From a virus: DNA of 64,000 bases. Under the pieces are notes generated by a model that searched no databases, was not told the DNA's origin, and saw only the letters and a list, made by a program, of their open reading frames with translations. The first letter of the stretch is position 1. Every line of letters starts with the position of its first letter. Below are positions 1 to 8,091 of the stretch, piece by piece. A program made the translations under genes and the position numbers. The stretch covers positions 1-64,000 of the IMG/VR virus record IMGVR_UViG_3300045988_170206; one strand, given 5' to 3'.

Positions 1-1553
1 TCGACAGTCTGGGCGTGAACTCCTCCAACCTCGACTTCTTCATCGGCACTCACCCACACTCCGACCATATCGGCTGGGCTGACACCCTGATCCACAGGTA
101 CCATCCCAAGCACATCTACACTCCCGTCTACGACGACTCGTACTCGGTCGGTGACGACGTGAACCCGCTGTGGGACAACCAGAAGATCTACGACGATCTC
201 GTGGCTGCGGCCTCGTGGGCGCAGGGCGCGTATGGGGCGACGTTCGACCAGCACGTCAAGCCCGGACAGGGTGACCTCATCCAGATGGGTGACATGCTCG
301 TCCAGATCATCCCCCTGTCTCCCGGCGAGGAGTACGCGCACCCCGGTAAGCTCGCGAACACGAACCTCATCAGCTACACGGCGAAGATCACCGCCCACGG
401 GCGCAGCGCATATCTGTCTGCCGACCTCGAGAGCGGCGAAGGCAAAGAAGACTACGTAGCGGGAGTAGTCGGTCACGTGGACTGGCTGAAAGCCGGTCAC
501 CACGGTCTCCATACGTCGAACAGTGAAGACTTCCTCGATGCGCTCTCTCCGTCGCTCGTCATGAACACGGGCTACGAGTTCCAGACCCCCGACCGTCTTG
601 GTCTGCCTGCACTCAGGGGCCGTTACGAGTGGTTCGAGGCGTACTCGATGCGTAACGCGGGCATCCCTGCCCTCGTCGGTACCTTCACTCCCGGCGGGAT
701 CACTCGCCCGTATATGAACGTCGGCATGGGGCATACCTTCGGATCGACTACGCCGCACACGTACTGGTTCCATGATGGTAAGCCAGCGGTCACGCGCGGA
801 TGGTGGAAGGGCTTCTACGACGGCTGGCACTACTTCGACGGATCCGTGTCCGCCGTCGAGAACGGCTGGGTGCTCGACAAAGGCAACTGGTACTGGATGG
901 ACGGCCTCTCCCACATGGCCGTGAATACGTGGGTCCAGGACGGCGACAAGTGGTACTGGATGGACGGCTCCGGGCACATGCTCCGCGGCGGCTGGTATCG
1001 CATCGGTGGCACCTGGTACTACCTCACCGGCTCCGGCGCTATGGCGACCGGCTGGCTCAACGACCGTGGTTCCTGGTACTACCTGCTCTCCAGCGGCAAG
1101 ATGGGGCAAGCGTGGGTTCACGACGGCACCGGATGGTACTGGATGGATCCCTCGAGCGGACGCATGGACGCTGGCGGCTGGCGTAACATCTGGGGTTCCT
1201 GGTACTACCTGAGCGGCAGTGGTAAGGCTGTCGAAGGCTGGATGCTGGACCGGGGCTCCTGGTACTACATGCAGCCCGGCATCGCGCAGATGCGCACCGG
1301 ATGGATCAACGACGGCACGGGCTGGTTCCTCCTGTCGAACAGTGGCGCTATGCGCTCGGGCGGCTGGGTACAGGACAACGGCAACTGGTACTGGCTCGAC
1401 GGCAACGGGAAGATGCTCACCGGCTGGCTCCAAACGGGCGGCGCATGGTACTGGCTTAACCCCGACAACGGGCGTATGGCAGTCGGCACGGCCACCGTTG
1501 ACGGTCGCGCCTCCCAGTTCGCCCCATCGGGACGCTGGCTCGGATACGCCTAA
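1..1553 (+). CDS. Secreted metallo-beta-lactamase-fold hydrolase with C-terminal cell-wall-binding (choline-binding-type) repeats; 5' end cut by window edge
   Basis: ORF track 15..1553 begins at a GTG only 12 aa before the MBL motif THPHSDH (HxHxDH), and the frame stays open back to nt 3, so the N-terminus and signal peptide lie outside the window. A later AGHHG motif is present. The C-terminal ~240 aa are tandem GW...G.WYY/WYW...G.M repeats. Confidence 0.8.
   Translation, partial: DSLGVNSSNLDFFIGTHPHSDHIGWADTLIHRYHPKHIYTPVYDDSYSVGDDVNPLWDNQKIYDDLVAAASWAQGAYGATFDQHVKPGQGDLIQMGDMLVQIIPLSPGEEYAHPGKLANTNLISYTAKITAHGRSAYLSADLESGEGKEDYVAGVVGHVDWLKAGHHGLHTSNSEDFLDALSPSLVMNTGYEFQTPDRLGLPALRGRYEWFEAYSMRNAGIPALVGTFTPGGITRPYMNVGMGHTFGSTTPHTYWFHDGKPAVTRGWWKGFYDGWHYFDGSVSAVENGWVLDKGNWYWMDGLSHMAVNTWVQDGDKWYWMDGSGHMLRGGWYRIGGTWYYLTGSGAMATGWLNDRGSWYYLLSSGKMGQAWVHDGTGWYWMDPSSGRMDAGGWRNIWGSWYYLSGSGKAVEGWMLDRGSWYYMQPGIAQMRTGWINDGTGWFLLSNSGAMRSGGWVQDNGNWYWLDGNGKMLTGWLQTGGAWYWLNPDNGRMAVGTATVDGRASQFAPSGRWLGYA
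790..1500 (+). repeat. Coding tandem array of about 12 cell-wall-binding (CW_binding_1-like) repeats of ~60 nt
   Basis: Repeats of the form GW-x3-4-G-x-WY(Y/W)-x4-5-G-x-M recur from WWKGFYDGWHYFDG to GGAWYWLNPDNGRM. Boundaries are approximate. Confidence 0.7.
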
Positions 1554-1582
1554 CACCCCCTCCCCAGTGGGGGATACATGAA

Positions 1583-1621
1583 GAAGCGCCCACCTCGACT
1601 CCTTTGTGAGGTGGGCGCTTC
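1583..1621 (+). terminator. Hairpin terminator after the MBL/CW-repeat gene
   Basis: Perfect 14-bp inverted repeat GAAGCGCCCACCTC (1583-1596) / GAGGTGGGCGCTTC (1608-1621) with an 11-nt loop, 30 nt after the stop. No clear T-tract, which is common in high-GC actinobacteria. Confidence 0.55.
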
Positions 1622-1800
1622 GCTATGTGCCTCTTGATGGCAACCATGCGCCACACCCAGTTTAATGTGCCGAAGAGTGCATCGTGTGGATACAATAGGG
1701 CCGTGGGTAGCTGCAACTACCCATAACCGATGACAATCGTCCGCCCAGTTCACACCCTGGGTGCTCATCGGATCAGAGGATTGAGTTTAGATTCTCGAAG

Positions 1801-1838
1801 ATCGCCGTGGCCAGGCCTAACGCCGCCACGGCGATTTT
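1801..1838 (+). terminator. Intrinsic-terminator-like hairpin in the leader upstream of the LAKTG protein gene (attenuator or end of a small RNA)
   Basis: Perfect 11-bp stem ATCGCCGTGGC (1801-1811) / GCCACGGCGAT (1825-1835) with a 13-nt loop, followed by TTTTCATT. Lies 160 nt upstream of the ATG at 1998. Confidence 0.45.
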
Positions 1839-1997
1839 CATTGTCTGGCCGGGAGTGAATCGACGGCGATCTTGTGCGGAACATGATGGAAGCCGCCCAC
1901 CATGTTTGAAGCCATGACCCGCTGGCAGCGGCTCTCTATCTCCCGCCACCAACCCACTACACTAGGAACCGCAACGCCCATAACCAGAAGGGAACCC

Positions 1998-3263
1998 ATG
2001 CTTACAACAACTAGGAACCGCGTGTTCGCTGGTGGTAGTGCTGCGCTCATCATGCTGGCCGGACTCGCCGGCTACGCCACCTCACCCGCTTACGCAGACC
2101 CCGCACCAAGCGGACTGAACGCACACCACATGGACACACTGCCCGTCCCCCCGTCGAGCAACCAGGACACGACCGTCACCGTCCGCTTCCGTTACGACGA
2201 TGCTGCATCCGCGTCAGGGCGAGGCTTCGTCGCCACCATCGGCGAGGGCGCGTCCTTCGAGCCTCACTCGTGGTCGATGCGCGAGCCTGTGGACAACACG
2301 CCCATCGGTGAGTGCTCTACGCCGGACTCCAAGACGCTTGTCTGCTCCGAAGATGAGCGCGCCGACGGTAGGACCGCCTACGAGAACGGCGTAGTCACCT
2401 GGACAGTGAATCTCGACCGCGAGCTCATCAACCAGAAGAACCTCCGCTACACGCTCGTCACCCTCAACGGGGACACGTTCCCCCTCACGTTCCACCCCGC
2501 GACTCTGGGTGCTGGCACCACGATCCCCGCGAACTTCGACCCCAAGGGCCTGGACTCCGAAGGGGCTGCAACTGACGTGCGCCCCGATGGCCAGCCTACG
2601 CCGACACCCTCCCCGACGGCGGCGACTCCAGCGCAGCCCAACGCTCCGCAATCCGGCCCGCAGTCAGGGCCTCAGTCTGGCCCGCAGAGCGGCATCACGG
2701 CCCCCGAAAAGCCTGCCCTCGATGAGACTAACCATCCGGGCGAGGGTACTCCCGCGACGAGTGAGCTAGTGACTCCCAACGTGCCGCCCCTGGACCCCAA
2801 TGCCCTCGACGGTAACGGCACCGGCGTGAACCCCCTCGACCCGCCCAACACGGGCGACGGGGAGCCGCTAGAGCGCCCCGACAACCCCAACGAGGGCCTG
2901 AGTAACAACGACGGCACCGGCAACCCCGTTGACCCCACCAAGCCAGTGGAAACTGCGCCGGGTGGCGCTACTGCGGCTCCCACAGGGGACCAGGCGACCA
3001 CGCAGACGACCCCGGCTCTGCCCACGGACCCCGCAGCTCCCGCCGCTGCTGAGGCAACCGGCACGACCGTTGCTCCCGCAGGGGCAGACAAGTCCCCAAC
3101 CGGCACCGCCAATGCCACGGTGGCAGCAGCCAAGTCTCCGACGCTCGCGAAGACCGGCGCATCCTTCTGGCCACTGGCCGGTTTCGCCGTTGGTCTCGCT
3201 GGTATCGGCTGCACCCTGCTGGGTGGTCGAGTCATGCAGAAAGCGCGCCTGCGCGTGAAATAA
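1998..3263 (+). CDS. Pro-rich cell-wall-anchored surface protein (LAxTG sorting signal)
   Basis: ATG at 1998 preceded by AGAAGGGA. Signal peptide MLTTTRNRVFAGGSAALIMLAGLAGYATSPAYA. C-terminal LAKTG + hydrophobic stretch + KARLRVK tail. Contains a PQSG x4 tandem repeat and a long Pro/Thr/Ala-rich stalk. The upstream part of ORF 1902..3263 lacks an RBS. Confidence 0.8.
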   Translation: MLTTTRNRVFAGGSAALIMLAGLAGYATSPAYADPAPSGLNAHHMDTLPVPPSSNQDTTVTVRFRYDDAASASGRGFVATIGEGASFEPHSWSMREPVDNTPIGECSTPDSKTLVCSEDERADGRTAYENGVVTWTVNLDRELINQKNLRYTLVTLNGDTFPLTFHPATLGAGTTIPANFDPKGLDSEGAATDVRPDGQPTPTPSPTAATPAQPNAPQSGPQSGPQSGPQSGITAPEKPALDETNHPGEGTPATSELVTPNVPPLDPNALDGNGTGVNPLDPPNTGDGEPLERPDNPNEGLSNNDGTGNPVDPTKPVETAPGGATAAPTGDQATTQTTPALPTDPAAPAAAEATGTTVAPAGADKSPTGTANATVAAAKSPTLAKTGASFWPLAGFAVGLAGIGCTLLGGRVMQKARLRVK

Positions 3264-3287
3264 CAGGCCACTCTGTTACACACACAG

Positions 3288-3327
3288 CCCCGCCAATGGT
3301 CTCACTCAGGCCTTGGCGGGGTTTTGT
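3288..3327 (+). terminator. Rho-independent terminator
   Basis: Stem CCCCGCCAA (3288-3296) / TTGGCGGGG (3313-3321) followed by TTTTGTG, 25 nt after the stop at 3261-3263. Confidence 0.7.
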
Positions 3328-3463
3328 GTCCCCAGAAACGCTTGTAGTGGGCACATTACAAGCCTTTGCGAGATACAAGCCACGCCATGCTGTACGCGAA
3401 TTGGGCGACCTGCCGGTCAGTATGATGGTTTCGCCCATCCGGCCCCGTAACTACAAGGGAAAC

Positions 3464-5149
3464 ATGAACATCACCGCAACACGACATACGCGAAAGGCTC
3501 TCGGCGCGCTCGCAATTCTGACCCTCGTCGGAACCAGCGTCGTCACCACGCAGCCAGCCGCCCACGCAGCCGCCCCCACAGGATACGAACTCTCCTGGAG
3601 CGACGAGTTCGACGGCTCCAATCTCGACACCTCCAAATGGGGATACGCCTACGGCTGCTTCGACCCGAGACTGAAAACCCAAACCCACTACACCGACAGC
3701 TCCGAGAACGTGAGCGTGTCCGGCGGCTACCTCCACCTGACCGCACGCCACTTGCCCACGCGCGAGAAGTGGAACAAGGAAACCCGGAAGATGGAAACCA
3801 TCGACCGGACCTGCACGCGCACCGAGAACGGCCAGAAAGTCACCTACCCGGCCCCCTTCACCTCTGGCATGGTCCAGACCCGCGACGATAAGGGCAACGT
3901 CAAGTACGCCGCCTACGGCGACTTCTACGCCGAGGCCCGCATCCAACTCCCCGACGGCCCATCTTCGTGGGCATCGTTCTGGTTCACTGGTACACAAGGT
4001 GGCCCCTGGCCGGGGAACGGCGAGATCGACGCGGTAGAAGCAAAGGGGTACGACCCGAACTACCTCCAAGCGAACACGCACACGCCTCGAGCAAGCGACC
4101 CGTCGAAGTCTGAACAGCACCATGGGCAGCTCGGCGGTGACGGCACCAGCCAGACGCAGTTCCACGTCTACGGCGTGGAGAAGACCGGCGAGAAGATCAC
4201 GTTCTACCTCGACGGCGTTCCGCGGCACACGGTCAACTACTCGGACATCGGTGGCGCTAACCCGTTCGTCGTGGACGGTAACGGCATGGTCATTCGCCTG
4301 AACCACATGGTTGGAGGCACCTTCCTCACCACTGATTCCGGCGACACGACCTACGTGGACGCAACCGCCTACGCGGATAGGTACGCGGGCGCTGGATCGG
4401 ACATGCTCGTCGATTACGTGCGCGTCTACTCGAAGAAGCCTGCCGTCGAGGAACCCGAGGCTCCGGTTGTGCCTACGCCAGAGCCAACTACTCCGGTTGA
4501 GCCTGCGCTACCGACGGATCCCAAGCCCGCCGACCCGACACCGGCAGAGCCGACCCCCGCTGATCCTGCTCCGGCCACCCCCGCGCCAGCGGAGCCCACA
4601 CCCGCCGACCCGGCCCCGGTAGATCCAGCCCCCGTGGAGCCCGCGCCGATTCCCTCCGCTCCGGCAGTGCCAGAAACACCGGCCACGCCCCCAGCGGATG
4701 ACGTTGTGACACCATCACCGGCAACACCGTCTCCCGCGACCCCGGCACCGGCATCGACTCCCGAAGCGCCCGCACCCACTCCTGCTCCGACAGAGCAGCC
4801 CACCCCAGAAGCCCCCACCCCTGCCCCCACAGTCGAAACCCCTGCGCCAAGCGCACCCACTCCGACCGTGGAACAGGCACCCCCAGTAAACCCTACCGAT
4901 GGGGCTACTCCTGGTACCGACGGGGTACATGGGGCCGGTCCCTCTACGTCTACACCTGGGACCAATGGGGCGGTTACTGGTGGGGTACTCCCCGCTGGTA
5001 CAGCCCCTACCGTTACGGCTACTACTCGTGGTGGTGACGGCACACTAGCGAAGACCGGAGCAGATGCGAACCTGCTCGTGGGCGCACTGTCCACAGCGTT
5101 CGCCGGCATCGTCTTCGTCGCCATGCGTAAACGCCAGACACGCCAGTAA
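3464..5149 (+). CDS. Glycoside hydrolase family 16 (beta-glucanase/laminarinase-like), wall-anchored via LAxTG
   Basis: ATG at 3464 with AAGGGA RBS and signal peptide ...TTQPAAHAAAP. GH16 hallmarks YELSWSDEFDG and catalytic GEIDAVEAKG (E-I-D-x-x-E). A ~170-aa Pro/Thr/Ala linker is followed by LAKTGADANLLVGALSTAFAGIVFVAMRKRQTRQ. Confidence 0.9.
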   Translation: MNITATRHTRKALGALAILTLVGTSVVTTQPAAHAAAPTGYELSWSDEFDGSNLDTSKWGYAYGCFDPRLKTQTHYTDSSENVSVSGGYLHLTARHLPTREKWNKETRKMETIDRTCTRTENGQKVTYPAPFTSGMVQTRDDKGNVKYAAYGDFYAEARIQLPDGPSSWASFWFTGTQGGPWPGNGEIDAVEAKGYDPNYLQANTHTPRASDPSKSEQHHGQLGGDGTSQTQFHVYGVEKTGEKITFYLDGVPRHTVNYSDIGGANPFVVDGNGMVIRLNHMVGGTFLTTDSGDTTYVDATAYADRYAGAGSDMLVDYVRVYSKKPAVEEPEAPVVPTPEPTTPVEPALPTDPKPADPTPAEPTPADPAPATPAPAEPTPADPAPVDPAPVEPAPIPSAPAVPETPATPPADDVVTPSPATPSPATPAPASTPEAPAPTPAPTEQPTPEAPTPAPTVETPAPSAPTPTVEQAPPVNPTDGATPGTDGVHGAGPSTSTPGTNGAVTGGVLPAGTAPTVTATTRGGDGTLAKTGADANLLVGALSTAFAGIVFVAMRKRQTRQ

Positions 5150-5179
5150 CGCGCCACAGCGCCTCTAGCGCACACAGAA

Positions 5180-5222
5180 CGCCCCAAGGGGGAGCAGACA
5201 CGCACTGCATCTCCTTGGGGCG
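5180..5222 (+). terminator. Hairpin downstream of the GH16 gene (convergent-gene terminator)
   Basis: Stem CGCCCCAAGG (5180-5189) / CCTTGGGGCG (5213-5222) with a 23-nt loop and no T-tract. The stem sequence closely resembles the hairpin at 5388-5427. Confidence 0.45.
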
Positions 5223-5260
5223 CTCCCGCGTCTCCTGCGGGCCTCTACGGCTTACAGAGG

Positions 5261-5370
5261 GGACGCTATGACCCGCACATACCCTCCTATGACGGGAAAA
5301 CTCATAGAACAAGGCCTCTATGACATAGAGACCCCCTCCTATGACATAGGAACAGGCCTCTATGAACGAC
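5261..5370. repeat. Phased array of five direct CTATGA(C/A) motifs (iteron-/operator-like), two of them palindromic, plus one inverted copy
   Basis: CTATGA starts at 5266, 5287, 5318, 5339 and 5360 (spacing 21, 31, 21, 21 bp). Flanks alternate GGCCT/CCCTC. Copies at 5318 and 5338 form palindromes CTATGaCATAG and CCTATGaCATAGG. An inverted TCATAG lies at 5302. Confidence 0.6.
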
Positions 5371-5387
5371 TCACGACCATATACATG

Positions 5388-5427
5388 AGCGCCCCAGGGG
5401 GATTGATGATCCTTGTCCTGGGGCGCT
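5388..5427 (-). terminator. Hairpin terminator after the 865-aa minus-strand gene
   Basis: Perfect 11-bp stem AGCGCCCCAGG (5388-5398) / CCTGGGGCGCT (5417-5427), 15 nt beyond the TAG at 5442-5444. Confidence 0.5.
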
Positions 5428-5441
5428 CTGCTGGGGCGTGG

Positions 5442-8039
5442 CTACTTGGTGAGGTTGGTCCTCACGAGGAGGCCACGCTGGCCTGGCAGGGCCTTCTCCA
5501 CAACCATGGCAGGCATGGCCACCCCGCGCTGACGGGCAATTTCCAGCATGTCCGCCGGGGTCAGCGCTGTCGCCAGGAGCTCGTGTCCGTCCACGAGGGA
5601 GCGGCGGGTCTTGTTGTCGCTGCCAGCCACGAAGTAGCGCACTGGCTCCCTCGAGGCGCGCACGTCCACCGTGAACTGGTCGAACACTTGCTTCCTGTCG
5701 TCCTCAAGCCCATGCGGCCACCAGGTATCGCCATAGCGCTTGTACATGCTGAAGCTCAGCGTCACACAGTCGGGGCCTTCGTCAACCGTGACCCTCACGG
5801 CTTTATCCTCGCCTGTGTGCGTGAATACTGTGGCTCCTTCGGCCAGTTTGTCTTCCTGGAGGTTGAAGAAACCAGCCGCGCCCTCGGGGCGCTGGAGGTA
5901 CACGACCATGTTCTCGGTAATGTAGCCGGCTGCGTTGCCCTTGAAGATCACTGGATGGCCAGGCTTCACGTAGGCGCGCAGCCACGATAGCACCTCTTCA
6001 AAGGCATACTCAGAAGGCTTGGAGGACGTGAGGAGTGTGTTAATGTCCTCCACATCCAGAAGATCCGCTACATCTCCTCCGTCCCACCATGAAGGATGAA
6101 CCTTAGCCACCTTAGCGACAGTGGCCGCAACCTCACGACGAGGATCCACAGGCTCCCCAAGAAGCTCACGCTCCCAATCAGCCAAACCCTCGGAATCGCC
6201 CGCAGCTGGCGCGGGGCCGTCAATCTGGGTGTACGCAGGCCAGTAGCCTTCTGCTACAGCAACAAACTCAGTGACAGCATCACGCACTTTCCCTACTTGC
6301 TGCACGAGTTCGGGGATCTCACTGATCGCCAGCATGTACGAGCCTTCGAGACGCGGGTCGGTGCCAACCATCCTGTAGAACTCTCCCAACTCGTGAACAC
6401 ACGTTGCGCGCATCTCGTTGAGGTGAACTCGACGCGCGCCGGAGACGACAGGGAGCGCAACATCGCTTTGGCGAGCTGCTTCAACATCATCCACGCTGAT
6501 GCTGGAACGGTAGTTCACCTTATAGGGGAACTTCGTGGAATCGTCCCATGCTTGCAGGCAGTATTCGATAGCGCCAAAGAAAAAGGCGTGCGGCACATGG
6601 CGGTCGGCCAGCACCACGTAATTGATTTTGTCTTCGATGCCAGCAAAAACGCGCTCTGCGTGTCGCTGTACCTCTTTTGCGTCAGTAATTTTTCCTACTG
6701 CATCAGTCCAGAACTTTGGGATCACGCCTCGCGTCTCGCGCCTAAGATCGACGAAATACTGCTTCATGTCGTCCATGCGCGCTTTACTAAAGTCCTCTTC
6801 CAGAGCTTTGCGCACACTTCGGTACATTACGTTAGTGGGAACGTTGAGGAAGAGCGGTGCACCGTCTTTATCGTACAGGCCCGCGCCTTCCTTGCGAGCC
6901 TCATCAGAAGTGCGCCATTCTATCGCAAACGATGCGCTCACCGTCTCGGTCTCGACGATGCCTCCAATGTTGGTGTATAGCTTGCTAGTGAACGTCTTTC
7001 CACTTAGCAGTGCAACGTTCTCCGAAAGGGTGCGGCCCCCATGCTCAAGTTTGCGCAGCTGCTCATCCTTGGTAGCCTCCCAATCGAGAACGGCCTGCAA
7101 GGCTTCACGCAAGATGGGCGTATCAGCTGTTGGCTCAGTCGCACGCAAACTCGGGACTTCCCTGTCTTCCTGCCTTTTCTCCAGCAAGAACGAGACCCTC
7201 TCAGAGATGTGCTTCTCTGCGATAACATTCGTCGCAGTAAGGAGGGCGGAGTCCTTCGGCTCAATACGCATGAGCTTCTGAATATTTTTGACGACAATAT
7301 CGTCGATGCCGCCATGGTAATCCTTGACGGGGAACATGTGGCGCAGGTTATCGTACACCTGGGATAGGGGGTTCCAACGGTCGTATTCGTCGTCGAGTTC
7401 CTTCACGCGCGTCTCGTACTCCACATCGCTAAGAGGCGGCAATTCGCCTTCGCACCAGAATTGGATCACCCTGTTTACTTGTTCCAGTGTGGGAGCATAG
7501 CTCTTAATCTGCCCGTCACAAGTGAACTCAACTTCGGACCCTTTTATGTTGTTGTTCTGGAGCGCGTAGTCCACAATATCGCTATTCCATTCGAGCAGGT
7601 CTGTAGGAAGGCTGTCATCGTAATACTCGTAGTCTTCTACTGCTAGGACATGGCGGAACGCTTCTTCACTTAGCGGACGGCTGGAAACATGCTCGCCGTC
7701 GCTAACGGAAAGCCACGCCTGTTGAAAGTCGCCGTAGGCGCTACCCATGCCACTGTTTGCACCAGGGGAAAGCGCCGCCTGGCGCGTGATGCCGACCGTG
7801 ATCGCTCCGCAGTCGTATGGGTAGAAGTAGATGCGCGTAATCACGTCGGCATCGACGTAAGCGGTTTCTGGGTGAAGTCTTCCATGGCGAGGCTTGAACG
7901 TTGGAAGTGTGATGATCTCGCGGATCTGCTCGTCCGTGATCCTGTTTGCTGCGTCTGGGCCTTGGAGGGTGTCGAGTAGCGTCTTTTCTTCTGTCATGCC
8001 AGTTTGGATGGCCTGGAGAAGATTGTCGGGGTTGTACAT
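5442..8039 (-). CDS. Large hypothetical protein (865 aa), no recognisable motif, lower GC than surroundings
   Basis: Long uninterrupted ORF. ATG at 8039 is preceded by GAAAGGAA (the ORF-track start 8054 is a TTG lying inside the RBS). Acidic, soluble-looking, with no TM segment or P-loop seen. Several 60-nt lines in 6500-7700 are only ~42-52% GC. Confidence 0.75.
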   Translation of the reverse strand: MYNPDNLLQAIQTGMTEEKTLLDTLQGPDAANRITDEQIREIITLPTFKPRHGRLHPETAYVDADVITRIYFYPYDCGAITVGITRQAALSPGANSGMGSAYGDFQQAWLSVSDGEHVSSRPLSEEAFRHVLAVEDYEYYDDSLPTDLLEWNSDIVDYALQNNNIKGSEVEFTCDGQIKSYAPTLEQVNRVIQFWCEGELPPLSDVEYETRVKELDDEYDRWNPLSQVYDNLRHMFPVKDYHGGIDDIVVKNIQKLMRIEPKDSALLTATNVIAEKHISERVSFLLEKRQEDREVPSLRATEPTADTPILREALQAVLDWEATKDEQLRKLEHGGRTLSENVALLSGKTFTSKLYTNIGGIVETETVSASFAIEWRTSDEARKEGAGLYDKDGAPLFLNVPTNVMYRSVRKALEEDFSKARMDDMKQYFVDLRRETRGVIPKFWTDAVGKITDAKEVQRHAERVFAGIEDKINYVVLADRHVPHAFFFGAIEYCLQAWDDSTKFPYKVNYRSSISVDDVEAARQSDVALPVVSGARRVHLNEMRATCVHELGEFYRMVGTDPRLEGSYMLAISEIPELVQQVGKVRDAVTEFVAVAEGYWPAYTQIDGPAPAAGDSEGLADWERELLGEPVDPRREVAATVAKVAKVHPSWWDGGDVADLLDVEDINTLLTSSKPSEYAFEEVLSWLRAYVKPGHPVIFKGNAAGYITENMVVYLQRPEGAAGFFNLQEDKLAEGATVFTHTGEDKAVRVTVDEGPDCVTLSFSMYKRYGDTWWPHGLEDDRKQVFDQFTVDVRASREPVRYFVAGSDNKTRRSLVDGHELLATALTPADMLEIARQRGVAMPAMVVEKALPGQRGLLVRTNLTK

Positions 8040-8091
8040 GAGGGTTCCTTTCAAGGGTTGTGTGGCGGCTACTGACTGTCAGTGCTGGTCG

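Noticed and set aside
1640-1800. Possible tRNA or tRNA fragment (a common ICE attachment site) in the structured intergenic region
   Set aside because: No cloverleaf could be drawn. There is no GTTCGAATC-type T-loop or acceptor/CCA context, and the CCCAG-ttcacac-cCTGGG stem has a loop of the wrong size. It is kept only as a generic structured-RNA candidate.
3356-5205. Minus-strand ORFs 3356..4306 (316 aa) and 4426..5205 (259 aa)
   Set aside because: They are antisense to the GH16 gene, which has unambiguous catalytic motifs, a signal peptide and a sorting signal.
5268-5990. Plus-strand ORF of 240 aa starting inside the CTATGAC repeat array
   Set aside because: Its ATG is part of a repeat unit, it has no RBS, and most of it is antisense to the 3' end of the 865-aa gene. 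It also crosses the hairpin at 5388-5427.
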